Positions 1-10,018 of a DNA stretch of 64,000 nucleotides are shown here, piece by piece. Both the position numbers and the translations under genes were made by a program. Positions within the stretch are counted from its first letter, which is position 1. Each line of letters opens with the position of its first letter. Source of the stretch: a virus (lineage: Duplodnaviria > Caudoviricetes); the IMG/VR virus record IMGVR_UViG_3300031857_000007; one strand, 5' to 3'. The notes under the pieces were generated by a model. That model was not told the DNA's origin, did not search any database, and worked only from the letters and a program-made list of their open reading frames with translations.

Positions 1-98
1 ACCTGTTAAGGTATTTCCTATTGCAACTACACATGCAATAGAAAGAAATGTCATACGAGTGGCAGAGACATTTGATTTAATTTTACGAATAATTTTTT

Positions 99-431
99 TC
101 ATTTTCTTTTTTTTCTGTCTTCTTTTGCCTTATACCCCCACAATTTAGGATTTACTCTGCCGTACCCAAAATCTATCTTTTGTATTGATCCTGGCCCATA
201 TTTATCATAATACATATCAAAAATACGAACTCTCGATCCCCGGACAAGATCAAGTTGTTCCGAACCTTCTACGGTATACCAAATCAAATAAGCGTCATTT
301 GGGAAAGAAATATCTTTTGCCTGCTCTAAAGTAGTTTTCTCTAATAATATTTGGCAATTATATGATGAGGGAATATTTGTATTCTGTTTATTTTCCCACT
401 CTGTCATTTTTCTCTCCGCAACTTTACTCAC
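99..431 (-). CDS. hypothetical phage protein
   Basis: 110-aa ORF, co-oriented and overlapping the upstream gene; no motif recognised. Confidence 0.7.
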   Translation of the reverse strand: MSKVAERKMTEWENKQNTNIPSSYNCQILLEKTTLEQAKDISFPNDAYLIWYTVEGSEQLDLVRGSRVRIFDMYYDKYGPGSIQKIDFGYGRVNPKLWGYKAKEDRKKRK

Positions 432-1015
432 GAACGACCTCCCCAGGTAATATCAGGGTAAGCCTCTTTAACATTTTCAAAAGATATCTTGTATTTATCT
501 ACTAATCTCTTATCTTTAACCAGGCAAAGAACTTCTGCTTCTTTAGAATGAAGAGATTGAAGCAGATTTATAAACATCATTTCTCTGCGGATAGTCGTTA
601 AACTATCATTTCCACCTTTTATATAATGATAGAGATTTTGATATTCTCTGCGAAGAGAAGTTCTTCCGCGAGCATTTAAGTCTTGTCCTGTTGCAGATTC
701 TCCACCTTTTGATTCCATAAAAAGATTTTCAGAAAGAGTTCCTGAATAAACATTTTGATCATTTACATCGCCATATGGAACATCTCCTTCAGGAAGGAGT
801 GAGATAACACTTTCATCAAAGTTCCATATAAAAATTGCTTTCAAAGAATCATGTTCATATGTTTTAAGAACTTCTACTTTTTTTGCATTACTTTTTTGCT
901 TAGAAGCAAGTTCTAGTATTTCAAATACAAAAGGATTTGTTGGAAGAGTTTCAATCTGTTTTTCAGTTGCCGTCTTCCTCTTCGTCGTCGTAGTCATAAT
1001 AGTTTTCATTTTCAA
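428..1015 (-). CDS. conserved T4-like phage hypothetical protein
   Basis: 195-aa ORF of a type common in T4-like cyanophages (LKAIFIWNFDE, RREMMFINLLQSLH..EAEVLCLVKDK); true start may lie further downstream. Confidence 0.7.
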   Translation of the reverse strand: MKMKTIMTTTTKRKTATEKQIETLPTNPFVFEILELASKQKSNAKKVEVLKTYEHDSLKAIFIWNFDESVISLLPEGDVPYGDVNDQNVYSGTLSENLFMESKGGESATGQDLNARGRTSLRREYQNLYHYIKGGNDSLTTIRREMMFINLLQSLHSKEAEVLCLVKDKRLVDKYKISFENVKEAYPDITWGGRS

Positions 1016-1196
1016 ATCTTACTGATACTATTTCATCAGGAATTACCTGACCATTTTCATCAAAAAACTCTGGGTGTAAATACGGAGGTTTTGATTCTTC
1101 CAAGTGTCTATAGGTTAACCAACCTATTATACTTCCAACCATAAAAAAGAGCAACGTGAACATTACAGTGAATGTTATGACATATGCTGTTTCCAT
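963..1196 (-). CDS. small membrane protein
   Basis: N-terminal hydrophobic helix, acidic C-terminal tail. Confidence 0.7.
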   Translation of the reverse strand: METAYVITFTVMFTLLFFMVGSIIGWLTYRHLEESKPPYLHPEFFDENGQVIPDEIVSVRFENENYYDYDDEEEDGN

Positions 1197-1214
1197 TTGT
1201 CTTCTCCAGAGAGT

Positions 1215-1454
1215 TTATTTTCTTCTAATATCAAAGTTAAATTCTATAAAGAAATGAAACTCTCTACGGAAAAGAGAGATCATTTTACCAAACTTCACTT
1301 GAAAAGTTTTTGGTCTTTCTGATCTTCTCCTCCTATTCCTAAGTAATAACTCAACACCCCGATTAATTTGGAGTTCTGATTTATTTAGTTTGCTTCTTTC
1401 GTCTTCCTGGTCTCTTGTCATGACTATATCTCCAGGCATCCTCAAGAATACCAT
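1215..1454 (-). CDS. small basic hypothetical protein (start uncertain)
   Basis: Basic C-terminal half fills the gap between neighbours; the 5' part overlaps the next gene. Confidence 0.5.
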   Translation of the reverse strand: MVFLRMPGDIVMTRDQEDERSKLNKSELQINRGVELLLRNRRRRSERPKTFQVKFGKMISLFRREFHFFIEFNFDIRRK

Positions 1455-1740
1455 ATAGATAATTTCTTATTTTTCTTGCTTGTGGTTTTGGAATATGTCC
1501 ATATCCCTCACGAAGTTGTTTATGAATTTCATCTGATCCCCCCTCAAGATAATCATCCAAATCCATTACTAAATTGTTAATTTCATTTGCAGTAGAACTT
1601 TCAATGAACTGCTCTACCTCTGCTTTTTTAGTTCCACGAACTTTTAAGTAATCATAAAAACCCAAAACAAATTGACCATTAAAAGCATAATCAATTGCTT
1701 TTTCTACATCGTTACAAACTTCGTGAAGATTATTATCCAT
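1381..1740 (-). CDS. conserved cyanophage hypothetical protein
   Basis: ORF restarted at MDNNLHEV, immediately after the glutaredoxin stop. Confidence 0.75.
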   Translation of the reverse strand: MDNNLHEVCNDVEKAIDYAFNGQFVLGFYDYLKVRGTKKAEVEQFIESSTANEINNLVMDLDDYLEGGSDEIHKQLREGYGHIPKPQARKIRNYLYGILEDAWRYSHDKRPGRRKKQTK

Positions 1741-1976
1741 TAAACTAGATTTTGCTCCTTTAGATATTGAACAGTATCTGTGCAACCACCAATATGTTGG
1801 TCATTTACAATCACTTGAGGAAATGTAGACCCCTCTCCAAATTCTGCATAGAATTCTTCTCGTGTAAAATCAGTATTCAGTTTATAAACTACATGCTGTA
1901 GTTGTGCCAATTCTAACACTTGCTGAACTTTTGTGCAATATGGGCAACCGTCTTTTGAATAAATTGTAAATTTCAT
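1740..1976 (-). CDS. grx: glutaredoxin
   Basis: CPYC active site, TFPQV and IGGC motifs. Confidence 0.95.
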   Translation of the reverse strand: MKFTIYSKDGCPYCTKVQQVLELAQLQHVVYKLNTDFTREEFYAEFGEGSTFPQVIVNDQHIGGCTDTVQYLKEQNLV

Positions 1977-1979
1977 GTC

Positions 1980-2468
1980 TTAAAAATAGTTAAAGTTAAT
2001 ATTTGATCGATAATCTTTGGTAGTACATGTTGTACTTTTATGTGGAACATGTGGTTCAAAGAACAACATTCTATTTTCAATAGAATCAATCTCTACTTCA
2101 TCATTTATAATAGTTTTTCCGTCATTTGTATTTAAATACAAAATGCAACCAATATGAGGAACATTAAAATCAATATGAGAATTGTGAATTTTCAATTGAT
2201 CAGTTTTTGGATATAAATTTGCTTTGATTCTTATAAGTTTTTTGAATTGTAATTTGTCAATTATAGGATTTAAAATATTGATTTTTTCACTATTGATCTC
2301 AAAATCATTCAGAAATATATGAGTAAAGTATATACCATCATTTGATTTTTGTCCCGAAACAGAGTTATTTAAAAACCAGGGAAAATATGGGAAATCCAAT
2401 ATTTCATTTTTTATTTTCAAAAAAACATTAGCATCCAAAAAATTATCTACAATTTCGTAATTTGTCAT
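1980..2468 (-). CDS. 2OG-Fe(II) oxygenase
   Basis: HxD (HIDF), distal His (PHKS) and R-x-N (RSNINFN) pattern. Confidence 0.85.
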   Translation of the reverse strand: MTNYEIVDNFLDANVFLKIKNEILDFPYFPWFLNNSVSGQKSNDGIYFTHIFLNDFEINSEKINILNPIIDKLQFKKLIRIKANLYPKTDQLKIHNSHIDFNVPHIGCILYLNTNDGKTIINDEVEIDSIENRMLFFEPHVPHKSTTCTTKDYRSNINFNYF

Positions 2469-2827
2469 TATGGAACAAATATAATGTCATCATTTTTTTG
2501 TAGAAGTTTTTCTGACTTTGAAGAAGATAACGATTCTTTATATGCTGGAAGACCCAATTGACCTGGCAACTGCTTATCAGTTGTTGATACAATATCAATT
2601 ATCTGGTCCAAAATAATCTTTTGCTTTCGATAAAATCTATTATGCAGGTTAAACTCAACCATCATTATTGCGTCCTTTTCATCTCCACAATTGGCAATTA
2701 TACGTCCTGTTGATTTTTCTATCACTACCCAATAATCATACATTTTTTTTCTTATCACTTTTTGTATTATACATTCGTTTTGGTGGCATGTAAAGTTGGG
2801 GCCAAGTGTCTCTAACAATCTCTGCAA
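2468..2827 (-). CDS. hypothetical protein (start uncertain)
   Basis: ORF abuts the oxygenase gene. Confidence 0.55.
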   Translation of the reverse strand: MQRLLETLGPNFTCHQNECIIQKVIRKKMYDYWVVIEKSTGRIIANCGDEKDAIMMVEFNLHNRFYRKQKIILDQIIDIVSTTDKQLPGQLGLPAYKESLSSSKSEKLLQKNDDIIFVP

Positions 2828-2926
2828 GTTTATATGGAGTTGTAGATGATATCATAGATCTTGTGTGACGGACATTATAAACATAAAAACTCCGAAGAGT
2901 ATGAAACTTATAAGAATGAAGAACAT

Positions 2927-2951
2927 AAAAAAAGGAGTTCAGAGAACTCCC
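2927..2951 (-). terminator. intrinsic terminator after psbD
   Basis: GGAGTTC-TCT-GAACTCC hairpin followed by a U-run on the minus strand. Confidence 0.8.
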
Positions 2952-2962
2952 TTATTTATTTT

Positions 2963-4024
2963 TTAGAGAGCATTACCCCTCGGAAGAACTTCCTCTGGGA
3001 ACACAAAGTTTTCATGTGGTTGGTCCACTGGAGCCATCCAAGCACGTAAACCTTCATTCAGAAGAATGTTCTTCGTGTAGAAGGTTTCAAACTCTGGATC
3101 TTCTGCTGCTCTAATTTCCTGACTTACAAAATCATAAGCACGAAGATTAAGGGCAAGACCAATGATACCAATGCTGGAAGTCCAAAGACCCATGACAGGA
3201 ACAAATAGCATGAAGAAATGCAACCAACGCTTGTTACTAAAAGCAATACCAAATATCTGCGACCAGAAACGGTTTGCAGTAACCATTGAATACGTTTCTT
3301 CTTCCTGTGTAGGTTCAAATGCTTTGAAAGTGTTTGCTTGATCACTATCTTCAAATAGAGTGTTTTCAACTGTTGCTCCGTGAATAGCACAGAGCAGTGC
3401 TCCTCCTAGTATACCAGCAACTCCCATCATGTGGAAGGGGTTGAGGGTCCAGTTGTGGAAACCCTGAAGGAATAGAAGAAACCTGAAGATGGCAGCAACA
3501 CCAAATGAAGGTGCAAAGAACCAACTGGATTGTCCCAGTGGATACATCAGGAATACAGAAACGAATACTGCAATGGGACCAGAGAATGCGATTGCATTAT
3601 AAGGACGGATGCCTACCAGTCGGGCAATCTCAAACTGGCGAAGCATAAATCCAATCAGAGCGAAAGATCCGTGGAGCGCCACAAAAGGCCAGAGTCCCCC
3701 AAGTTGACACCACCTGACGAAATCTCCCTGAGCTTCTGGACCCCAGAGAAGTAGAAGGGAATGTCCGAGAGCATCAGCAGGAGTAGAAACAGCAGCGGTA
3801 AGGAAATTACAACCCTCAAGGTAACTTGAAGCAATACCGTGCGTATACCAACTGGTGACGAACGAAGTTCCCGTAAGCCACCCACCCAAAGCAAGATAAG
3901 CGCACGGGAATAGTAGAAGACCAGACCAACCGACAAAAACAAACCTATCACGCTTAAGCCAGTCATCGAGAACATCGAACCACCCCCTTTGTGTAATTGG
4001 TTGCTGTAAAGTAGATGAAACCAT
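2963..4024 (-). CDS. psbD: photosystem II D2 protein
   Basis: Full-length D2 ([13 protein letters not shown] ... [10 protein letters not shown]), uninterrupted. Confidence 0.99.
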   Translation of the reverse strand: MVSSTLQQPITQRGWFDVLDDWLKRDRFVFVGWSGLLLFPCAYLALGGWLTGTSFVTSWYTHGIASSYLEGCNFLTAAVSTPADALGHSLLLLWGPEAQGDFVRWCQLGGLWPFVALHGSFALIGFMLRQFEIARLVGIRPYNAIAFSGPIAVFVSVFLMYPLGQSSWFFAPSFGVAAIFRFLLFLQGFHNWTLNPFHMMGVAGILGGALLCAIHGATVENTLFEDSDQANTFKAFEPTQEEETYSMVTANRFWSQIFGIAFSNKRWLHFFMLFVPVMGLWTSSIGIIGLALNLRAYDFVSQEIRAAEDPEFETFYTKNILLNEGLRAWMAPVDQPHENFVFPEEVLPRGNAL

Positions 4025-4040
4025 TTATATCCTCCGAAAT

Positions 4041-4061
4041 AAAAAGGGGTCCGAAGACCCC
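4041..4061 (-). terminator. intrinsic terminator between psbA and psbD
   Basis: GGGGTC-TTCG-GACCCC followed by TTTTT. Confidence 0.8.
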
Positions 4062-4083
4062 AGTTTTAAGTTTTTATATTATA

Positions 4084-5163
4084 TCAACCAATTGCAGGTG
4101 CGGTGAGAGCAACAGGAGTGTTCTCAACAGCAGCAAGATCAAGAGGGAAGTTGTGAGCGTTGCGCTCGTGCATTACTTCCATGCCCAGACCAGCGCGGTT
4201 CAGAACGTCAGCCCAAGTGTTGAGCACACGACCCTGACTATCAACGATAGACTGGTTGAAGTTGAAACCGTTGAGGTTGAATGCCATGGTGCTAACACCA
4301 AGAGCAGTGAACCAGATACCAACTACAGGCCATGCAGCAAGGAAGAAGTGAAGTGAACGAGAGTTGTTGAATGAGGCATATTGGAAGATTAGACGACCAA
4401 AGTAACCGTGTGCAGCAACAATGTTGTAGGTCTCTTCTTCTTGACCGAACTTGTAACCATAGTTCTGTGACTCGTTCTCAGTGGTTTCACGAACCAGTGA
4501 GGAAGTAACCAGAGAACCGTGCATAGCACTGAACAGTGAACCACCAAACACACCAGCAACACCAAGCATGTGGAAGGGGTGCATCAGGATGTTGTGCTCT
4601 GCTTGGAACACAAGCATGTAGTTGAAGGTTCCGCTAATACCCAGAGGCATCGCATCAGAGAAAGAACCTTGACCGAAAGGATAGACCAAGAACACTGCAG
4701 AAGCAGCAGCAACAGGTGCGCTGTAAGCAACGCAGATCCAAGGACGCATACCCAGACGATAGGAGAGTTCCCACTCACGACCCATATAGGCATAGATACC
4801 AATCAGGAAGTGGAATACAACAAGTTGGAAAGGACCACCGTTGTAGAGCCACTCATCTAGGGAAGCAGCTTCCCAAATGGGGTAAAAGTGCAGTCCAATT
4901 GCGTTGGACGAAGGAATAACAGCACCCGAGATGATGTTGTTTCCGTACATGAGTGAACCAGCAACGGGTTCACGGATACCATCGATGTCTACAGGAGGTG
5001 CAGCAATGAAGGCAACAATGAAACAGATAGTAGCAGCAAGCAGGCAAGGAATCATCAGAGTTCCAAACCAACCAACATAAAGACGATTATCGGTTGAAGT
5101 AACCCAGTTGCAGAATTGTTCCCAAGTATTTGATTGTCGTTGACGTGAAATTGTAGCAGTCAT
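4084..5163 (-). CDS. psbA: photosystem II D1 protein
   Basis: Full-length D1 ([10 protein letters not shown] ... HNFPLDLA plus C-terminal extension), no intron. Confidence 0.99.
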   Translation of the reverse strand: MTATISRQRQSNTWEQFCNWVTSTDNRLYVGWFGTLMIPCLLAATICFIVAFIAAPPVDIDGIREPVAGSLMYGNNIISGAVIPSSNAIGLHFYPIWEAASLDEWLYNGGPFQLVVFHFLIGIYAYMGREWELSYRLGMRPWICVAYSAPVAAASAVFLVYPFGQGSFSDAMPLGISGTFNYMLVFQAEHNILMHPFHMLGVAGVFGGSLFSAMHGSLVTSSLVRETTENESQNYGYKFGQEEETYNIVAAHGYFGRLIFQYASFNNSRSLHFFLAAWPVVGIWFTALGVSTMAFNLNGFNFNQSIVDSQGRVLNTWADVLNRAGLGMEVMHERNAHNFPLDLAAVENTPVALTAPAIG

Positions 5164-5174
5164 TTTTTCTTAAA

Positions 5175-5290
5175 AAGAGTAGTAAGACCATCAGGGAAAT
5201 GGTGGAGTTACTATTCCCCAGTCACCCTCAGACTGGGTATGAGAGACGTAATTTATACACCCCATAGGTCTCGGTTAATGGGTGTTTAAC
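5175..5290 (-). ncRNA. structured psbA 5' leader, probably the PhotoRC-II motif
   Basis: Helices CCCAGTC/GACTGGG and ACCAT/ATGGT in the psbA leader; position matches the cyanophage PhotoRC-II RNA; no covariance model run. Confidence 0.65.
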
Positions 5291-5336
5291 AATGTTAAGA
5301 TTTATTAGAAATCCGTAACATTTGTTTACCTATTTA

Positions 5337-5365
5337 TCATACTACGGTTTCCCGTGCCCGTCAAG
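5337..5365 (-). promoter_or_regulatory. sigma70-type promoter of psbA with overlapping TAAATA late box
   Basis: TTGACG-N17-TATGAT then TAAATA on the minus strand. Confidence 0.75.
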
Positions 5366-5420
5366 CCCCCCGAATGGGGACATCATGCTAAATAACAATA
5401 GTGTTTATCACATAAGAAAA

Positions 5421-5882
5421 ATGAAAAGACTTATTCTAGCCTTTTCGTTATTCTTCGCAATCCCAGTTAATGCTGCTGAAATCACATCAAGAATCACTGA
5501 CTCCGTACAATTGAAAGTTGATGGTGCTGCAGTTCAATCAACACGAATCGGTGCTTCATATTCAGCGTCAGGAACTAATATCCAATCCACATCCTTTGGT
5601 GGTGTAAATGGTGCCGGAACCTACGATATCAATACTCCAGGTCAAGCATTTACTTTCTCAGAAAGTTTCAATGCTGCCGATACTCCTGTAACAAATCAAA
5701 CAGTAACAAACGGTGTTATTGGATCTCCAAATCTTTATGGAGACAGTGTAACTCAAGTTGGTGGAGAAAAAGGAACTCTCGCAGGAACCTTATCTCCAAC
5801 TGGTGTTCCTACTGTAACTGCTGGTGGTGCAGGAACAAGTGCTACTGCTCAACGTAGTATTGAATTGAGCGTATTTAAATGA
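5421..5882 (+). CDS. exported beta-rich protein (signal peptide)
   Basis: MKRLILAFSLFFAIPVNA signal peptide; G/T/S-rich mature part; TAAATA late box at 5389-5394. Confidence 0.8.
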   Translation: MKRLILAFSLFFAIPVNAAEITSRITDSVQLKVDGAAVQSTRIGASYSASGTNIQSTSFGGVNGAGTYDINTPGQAFTFSESFNAADTPVTNQTVTNGVIGSPNLYGDSVTQVGGEKGTLAGTLSPTGVPTVTAGGAGTSATAQRSIELSVFK

Positions 5883-6238
5883 GACATATCCTAGCAGGTT
5901 TATTCCTGCTAGGGTTCTGTTCTCCTACCCTAGCAGAAAGTGTTGTGCCTAATTTTACTAGGGGTACAATCAATGCGACTACAGAATCTACTACAAAAAT
6001 TGTAGAAGCAATTCGCCAAGTTGAATATACAACTGGAGAATCTTATACTGTATCTGGAACGAACATCAACATTCCCAGCAATCCTCAAAAGGGTGCTAAT
6101 TATTCGATTATGACGCAAGGTGCTCCATTCCAGTTCAGTGAAACCTATCTCGGCCCTGGAGTGGCTAAAGAAACATGGATAGATCGCACCACAGAAACTC
6201 AATCAAAAACTACATCAATGTCTGTCTTTACTCAATAA
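5879..6238 (+). CDS. exported beta-rich protein, probable paralog of the upstream gene
   Basis: Signal peptide; shares FxFSE(S/T) and C-terminal SVF with the preceding protein; ATGA overlap. Confidence 0.8.
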   Translation: MRHILAGLFLLGFCSPTLAESVVPNFTRGTINATTESTTKIVEAIRQVEYTTGESYTVSGTNINIPSNPQKGANYSIMTQGAPFQFSETYLGPGVAKETWIDRTTETQSKTTSMSVFTQ

Positions 6239-6798
6239 TATTAAGTGGAGCAGCATTTGCACAACAAGCACCAAGCAATACAAATATTGCAGGACCATCA
6301 GCATCTGCTACTGGTAATGTAACAAACCAGGCAGTTCAGGTACTTCAAGGTCCTTATGCAATGAACACTTATGGTAATGGTGTTAGTTGCCAAGGAGCAA
6401 CATTTTCATTTGCCCCCTTTGTAATTGGTAATGGAAATGGAAGTCAAGACCCAGAACAGTTCAGTTCATATTCTGGTAATGCTGGAGTATCAATGGGTTT
6501 CAATATTCCTTTGGATGGTTCATTGCAAGAATTATGCAAAGCAAGAGTGAGAGTTGAAATTTCAAGACAACAGGCAGAAGCAGACAAAGCACGACTTGAT
6601 TTTGAACTTGTAAGATTATTAAAGTGCGGTGAAGCAAAGAAATCAGGTATTGATTTCTTCCCTGCAAGTCCTTACTATAAAGTTTGTGCAGACATTAACG
6701 TAGTAGTTCCACAACAAACTCCTACCTATAACGATGATTTAGTTGATATGTACAAACAAATGTCTCAGAAAATCGATGGAACCAATCAATACAATTAA
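6175..6798 (+). CDS. exported Cys-containing hypothetical protein
   Basis: Hydrophobic segment ending AAFA, several Cys, helical C-terminal part. Confidence 0.75.
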   Translation: MDRSHHRNSIKNYINVCLYSIILSGAAFAQQAPSNTNIAGPSASATGNVTNQAVQVLQGPYAMNTYGNGVSCQGATFSFAPFVIGNGNGSQDPEQFSSYSGNAGVSMGFNIPLDGSLQELCKARVRVEISRQQAEADKARLDFELVRLLKCGEAKKSGIDFFPASPYYKVCADINVVVPQQTPTYNDDLVDMYKQMSQKIDGTNQYN

Positions 6799-7666
6799 TA
6801 CAAATCTAGTAAGGATAATCGGAAATAATCCGATTAATGTTCCAAACTCAAACATTAATCGGATTTCTGGTCCATCGGTAATTCCGACTGTAGATAAACC
6901 GATTCTCCAACAAATAAATGCTCCTGTTGTTCGTGGTCTTGAAGTTCCTGTTATAGATGCACCAAATACAACTATACAATATCCAATTGTAAAAGTTCCA
7001 ACCCAAGCAGAATTTGATGCTTCTATAAGACCTCAACAAAAACCACAGGAACAACAACCTCCAGAAAAATCAAGAGGATTACCTGATCCTACCCCTGCCC
7101 CCCAACTTCCTCCATCTGCTCAAACCCCTGCTATTCAAACCCCCGTTATTGAATCCCCCAAACGGATTGCGGAAGTTCCTGCAGATTTACCCAAACCTAC
7201 CTTTACTGTCGGTGGAATCAGTATTAATTTACCTGACCCTTCTCTTGTTGCTACGGCTGGTGCTGTCGCAGTAGTTACCACTGCAGCAACAATGGCTTCT
7301 ACAGCAGTCTTAAATGTTCTTAAGAATGCAGCAGAACCTATGCTAAGAGAAGCAGCAAAAAATAAATTTAAAATTAAAATCAAACAGACTAAACCTGTTC
7401 TCCATTATGTTCTATCCGATGGAGGACACGTTGATATATTTGAGTACTCTGCTGAAGGTACACGTTTAGTTGCACAAACAGATAACGTAGAACAGTATAT
7501 CAGAGATCAAGTAGATACGAATGCTCTCTATGAAATAGAAAACAAAGTTATTATTGATGATGTGATGAAAGATAAATTTACAAAAGAAGGGCAAGAGAGA
7601 TTTAAAGGTCTCTATGCCCCACCTAAAAAGATTGCTAAGAAATTATCTGCCCGCCTTTCTTTTTGA
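6743..7666 (+). CDS. Pro/Gln-rich single-pass membrane protein
   Basis: P/Q-rich N-terminal region, hydrophobic helix LVATAGAVAVVTTAATMA. Confidence 0.75.
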   Translation: MICTNKCLRKSMEPINTINTNLVRIIGNNPINVPNSNINRISGPSVIPTVDKPILQQINAPVVRGLEVPVIDAPNTTIQYPIVKVPTQAEFDASIRPQQKPQEQQPPEKSRGLPDPTPAPQLPPSAQTPAIQTPVIESPKRIAEVPADLPKPTFTVGGISINLPDPSLVATAGAVAVVTTAATMASTAVLNVLKNAAEPMLREAAKNKFKIKIKQTKPVLHYVLSDGGHVDIFEYSAEGTRLVAQTDNVEQYIRDQVDTNALYEIENKVIIDDVMKDKFTKEGQERFKGLYAPPKKIAKKLSARLSF

Positions 7667-8080
7667 TTCCAGTAAAGCGAAATCTTTCTTCTTTGTACCA
7701 CCGTCATATTCCCAAGCATATCCTTCATCAATCATCATCTGATTAACAGACTTTTTCTTATTGACTGCTGATACTTCATTATCACCAATAAAAAGATGTC
7801 CCAGAATTCTACCATACTTTTCGGTAGAATCTGGGAGTTCTGTTTTTACAATAATATCAGTTTGTCCTTCTAACTTTTTCTTGAGCCATTCTTTAACTTC
7901 AAGACCAAGTGTTTTTTCTTTCACATCAGTTGTTCTGCTCTCTGGGGTATCGACACCAGCAAGACGAATTCGCTTAGTAAGAGAGATATCAAAACCAAGA
8001 TCAATAGCAGCGTCAATAGTATCACCATCTACAACCTTTAGAACTTGCTTAATTCTGTAAATATAAGGATCCTTATCCAT
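7643..8080 (-). CDS. thermonuclease (SNase-like) family nuclease
   Basis: VVDGDTID, RIRLAGVDTPE and KYGRILG motifs. Confidence 0.9.
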   Translation of the reverse strand: MDKDPYIYRIKQVLKVVDGDTIDAAIDLGFDISLTKRIRLAGVDTPESRTTDVKEKTLGLEVKEWLKKKLEGQTDIIVKTELPDSTEKYGRILGHLFIGDNEVSAVNKKKSVNQMMIDEGYAWEYDGGTKKKDFALLESKRKAGR

Positions 8081-8292
8081 TAGAATGGTAATTTGAACTT
8101 CTCAGTATTTATTTTAGGAATAGGTAGTTTCTCAAATGCTTTGTTGACTTGATTTTCTACAACCTTTCCAACAAACTCCTCAGGGTTGTTAATGATTGCT
8201 TCTGCTTTTTTATAGGTAACATAAGCACCATAACAAAGTGCTCCACTAATTGCCAGACTCGTCGCTGATAGAATGATCGCAATGTTCTTCAT
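8080..8292 (-). CDS. small membrane or secreted protein
   Basis: N-terminal hydrophobic helix. Confidence 0.7.
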   Translation of the reverse strand: MKNIAIILSATSLAISGALCYGAYVTYKKAEAIINNPEEFVGKVVENQVNKAFEKLPIPKINTEKFKLPF

Positions 8293-8398
8293 CTTTCATT
8301 TCCTCGTTTGCTAATTTTAATATGTAGTAAATGATATATGCAGTAAATGAAAGACCACAAGTTAATATTATAACAACACCCCAAGGAAACTCACTCAT
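8246..8398 (-). CDS. small membrane protein (50 aa, not in ORF track)
   Basis: Manual translation MSEFPWGVVIILTCGLSFTAYIIYYILKLA...; ATGA overlap with the upstream stop. Confidence 0.6.
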   Translation of the reverse strand: MSEFPWGVVIILTCGLSFTAYIIYYILKLANEEMKDEEHCDHSISDESGN

Positions 8399-9675
8399 CT
8401 CTGTTCAATCCAGTTCAATACTGCAAGTGCTGTTTTATTTACGTTTGGAGATGCACAAGCAAGGGTAATCGTATCACTAATTGTTCCGATACCAGATCTT
8501 CCAATCTGTAAATCTGCAAGTCTATCAATCTCTATCAAATTAGAACCACCAGAAACCACGAATCCAGAAAGAATATCTCTACCACCAGAAAGTGCAGTTG
8601 CAGAAGTATCATACTGAACAAATGAATCTACATCTGCGTGATTTGTCCAGTTTGGATTAGTCAATGTTGCATTTTGCAAAAGTTTCCAATACACATTAGT
8701 ATTATCATTAGTTACCGCTTGTAGAGATCTTACAAGCATTACTGAATTGAGAGCAGATGATTTGAGACGCAAACTTACAATAGGATAAAATGTATTTGCA
8801 AGTGTCATTGTAGTGCCAGTAATACCATTAGACTGACTCAAAAGAGTTCCAAGTTTATCTGCACCACCTTCTTGAATCAGAGAATTAGAACCTTGATAAA
8901 GGTAATGTGTTCCTGCAACACCAGTTACATTCTCAATCTCGCAACGAATTGGAAGAAAAGGACTAGAACACCAAACTTTATCGAGATTATTTGAGTTATC
9001 AAAGGTATGACTCTTGATAGTTTCTCCCTTCATCAACCAATTAAAATCTACTGTTCCTGCACCATACCACTCATAATTAATAGAAATCATCTGTTGTTTT
9101 GTTGGATCTGCGGTTACACCAGTCCAACCATTACCATCAAACTTTTCACCATTCCAGTCATCTCTACCAACTCTTATTTCTGTAGTAATTCCCGATGTGC
9201 TAGTACGAATTACATAAGAATATGTACCCCCATTATCCTCAAAGTAAGCGCCATTATTATCGTCAAATAATCCAAATCTTCTACGAATACCTACTTGAGG
9301 TTGTTCCAATCTGATTGCAAATGCCAATGTTGCTGGTCTGCCAGGAATGTATCTCATCACATTCTTGGTTTGTCTAGTAACTTTGCTGCCAGCGGTAGAA
9401 CCAACTTGCATGATTATGTTACTGGAATATTGATTCCAAGTTGCGGTTCCAACTCCAACTATTCTCTCATCCCAAACATCAGTCTCTTTACCATACTGGA
9501 AAGTATTGAAGAAAACTGTTTGGAAAGGTGCAGTTTTTAATCTGTTATTGTTGGAAAACTGAGGTCGCCAATCTGTCTGGTTTCCCCAGTGATCTGCAAT
9601 ATTAAAAGTTTCAAAAAGACTTCTCTCCTGATTTAAGAAGTCTTGTGTAGTCTTATTCCACTGAGCCATTGTCAA
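8395..9675 (-). CDS. beta-rich probable virion structural protein
   Basis: 426 aa, beta-strand-rich, in a late-gene context; function inferred. Confidence 0.6.
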   Translation of the reverse strand: MTMAQWNKTTQDFLNQERSLFETFNIADHWGNQTDWRPQFSNNNRLKTAPFQTVFFNTFQYGKETDVWDERIVGVGTATWNQYSSNIIMQVGSTAGSKVTRQTKNVMRYIPGRPATLAFAIRLEQPQVGIRRRFGLFDDNNGAYFEDNGGTYSYVIRTSTSGITTEIRVGRDDWNGEKFDGNGWTGVTADPTKQQMISINYEWYGAGTVDFNWLMKGETIKSHTFDNSNNLDKVWCSSPFLPIRCEIENVTGVAGTHYLYQGSNSLIQEGGADKLGTLLSQSNGITGTTMTLANTFYPIVSLRLKSSALNSVMLVRSLQAVTNDNTNVYWKLLQNATLTNPNWTNHADVDSFVQYDTSATALSGGRDILSGFVVSGGSNLIEIDRLADLQIGRSGIGTISDTITLACASPNVNKTALAVLNWIEQR

Positions 9676-9992
9676 TCAATCCATTCTAATTTTGAAGGGT
9701 GGTATCTTTGAGAATTTTTAATATTAAAATTCTTTTCTTCCACAGGATAAATGTTATGAACTATCGCCCCTGGATATTCTCTTTGAATTTGTTCACCAAG
9801 TTCTTGCTTTGTCGGAATTCCAGATTTTGTTACCATTTCTAATCTATAAAGATTTCCATTCCACATTACATCGGCAACATATTCCTCACCCACTTGTTGT
9901 GCTTGTGGTTCTGAGCTATTGATATAAAGATTGCCGTTGAAATCTCCAGCAATCGTTACACTTTCTGACAAAAATTGTTTGAAAGATTTCAT
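9672..9992 (-). CDS. hypothetical protein with MKSFxxFLxE N-terminus
   Basis: Begins MKSFKQFLSES. Confidence 0.75.
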   Translation of the reverse strand: MKSFKQFLSESVTIAGDFNGNLYINSSEPQAQQVGEEYVADVMWNGNLYRLEMVTKSGIPTKQELGEQIQREYPGAIVHNIYPVEEKNFNIKNSQRYHPSKLEWID

Positions 9993-10018
9993 TATTTCTT
10001 ATATTGCTTATATTGTAT

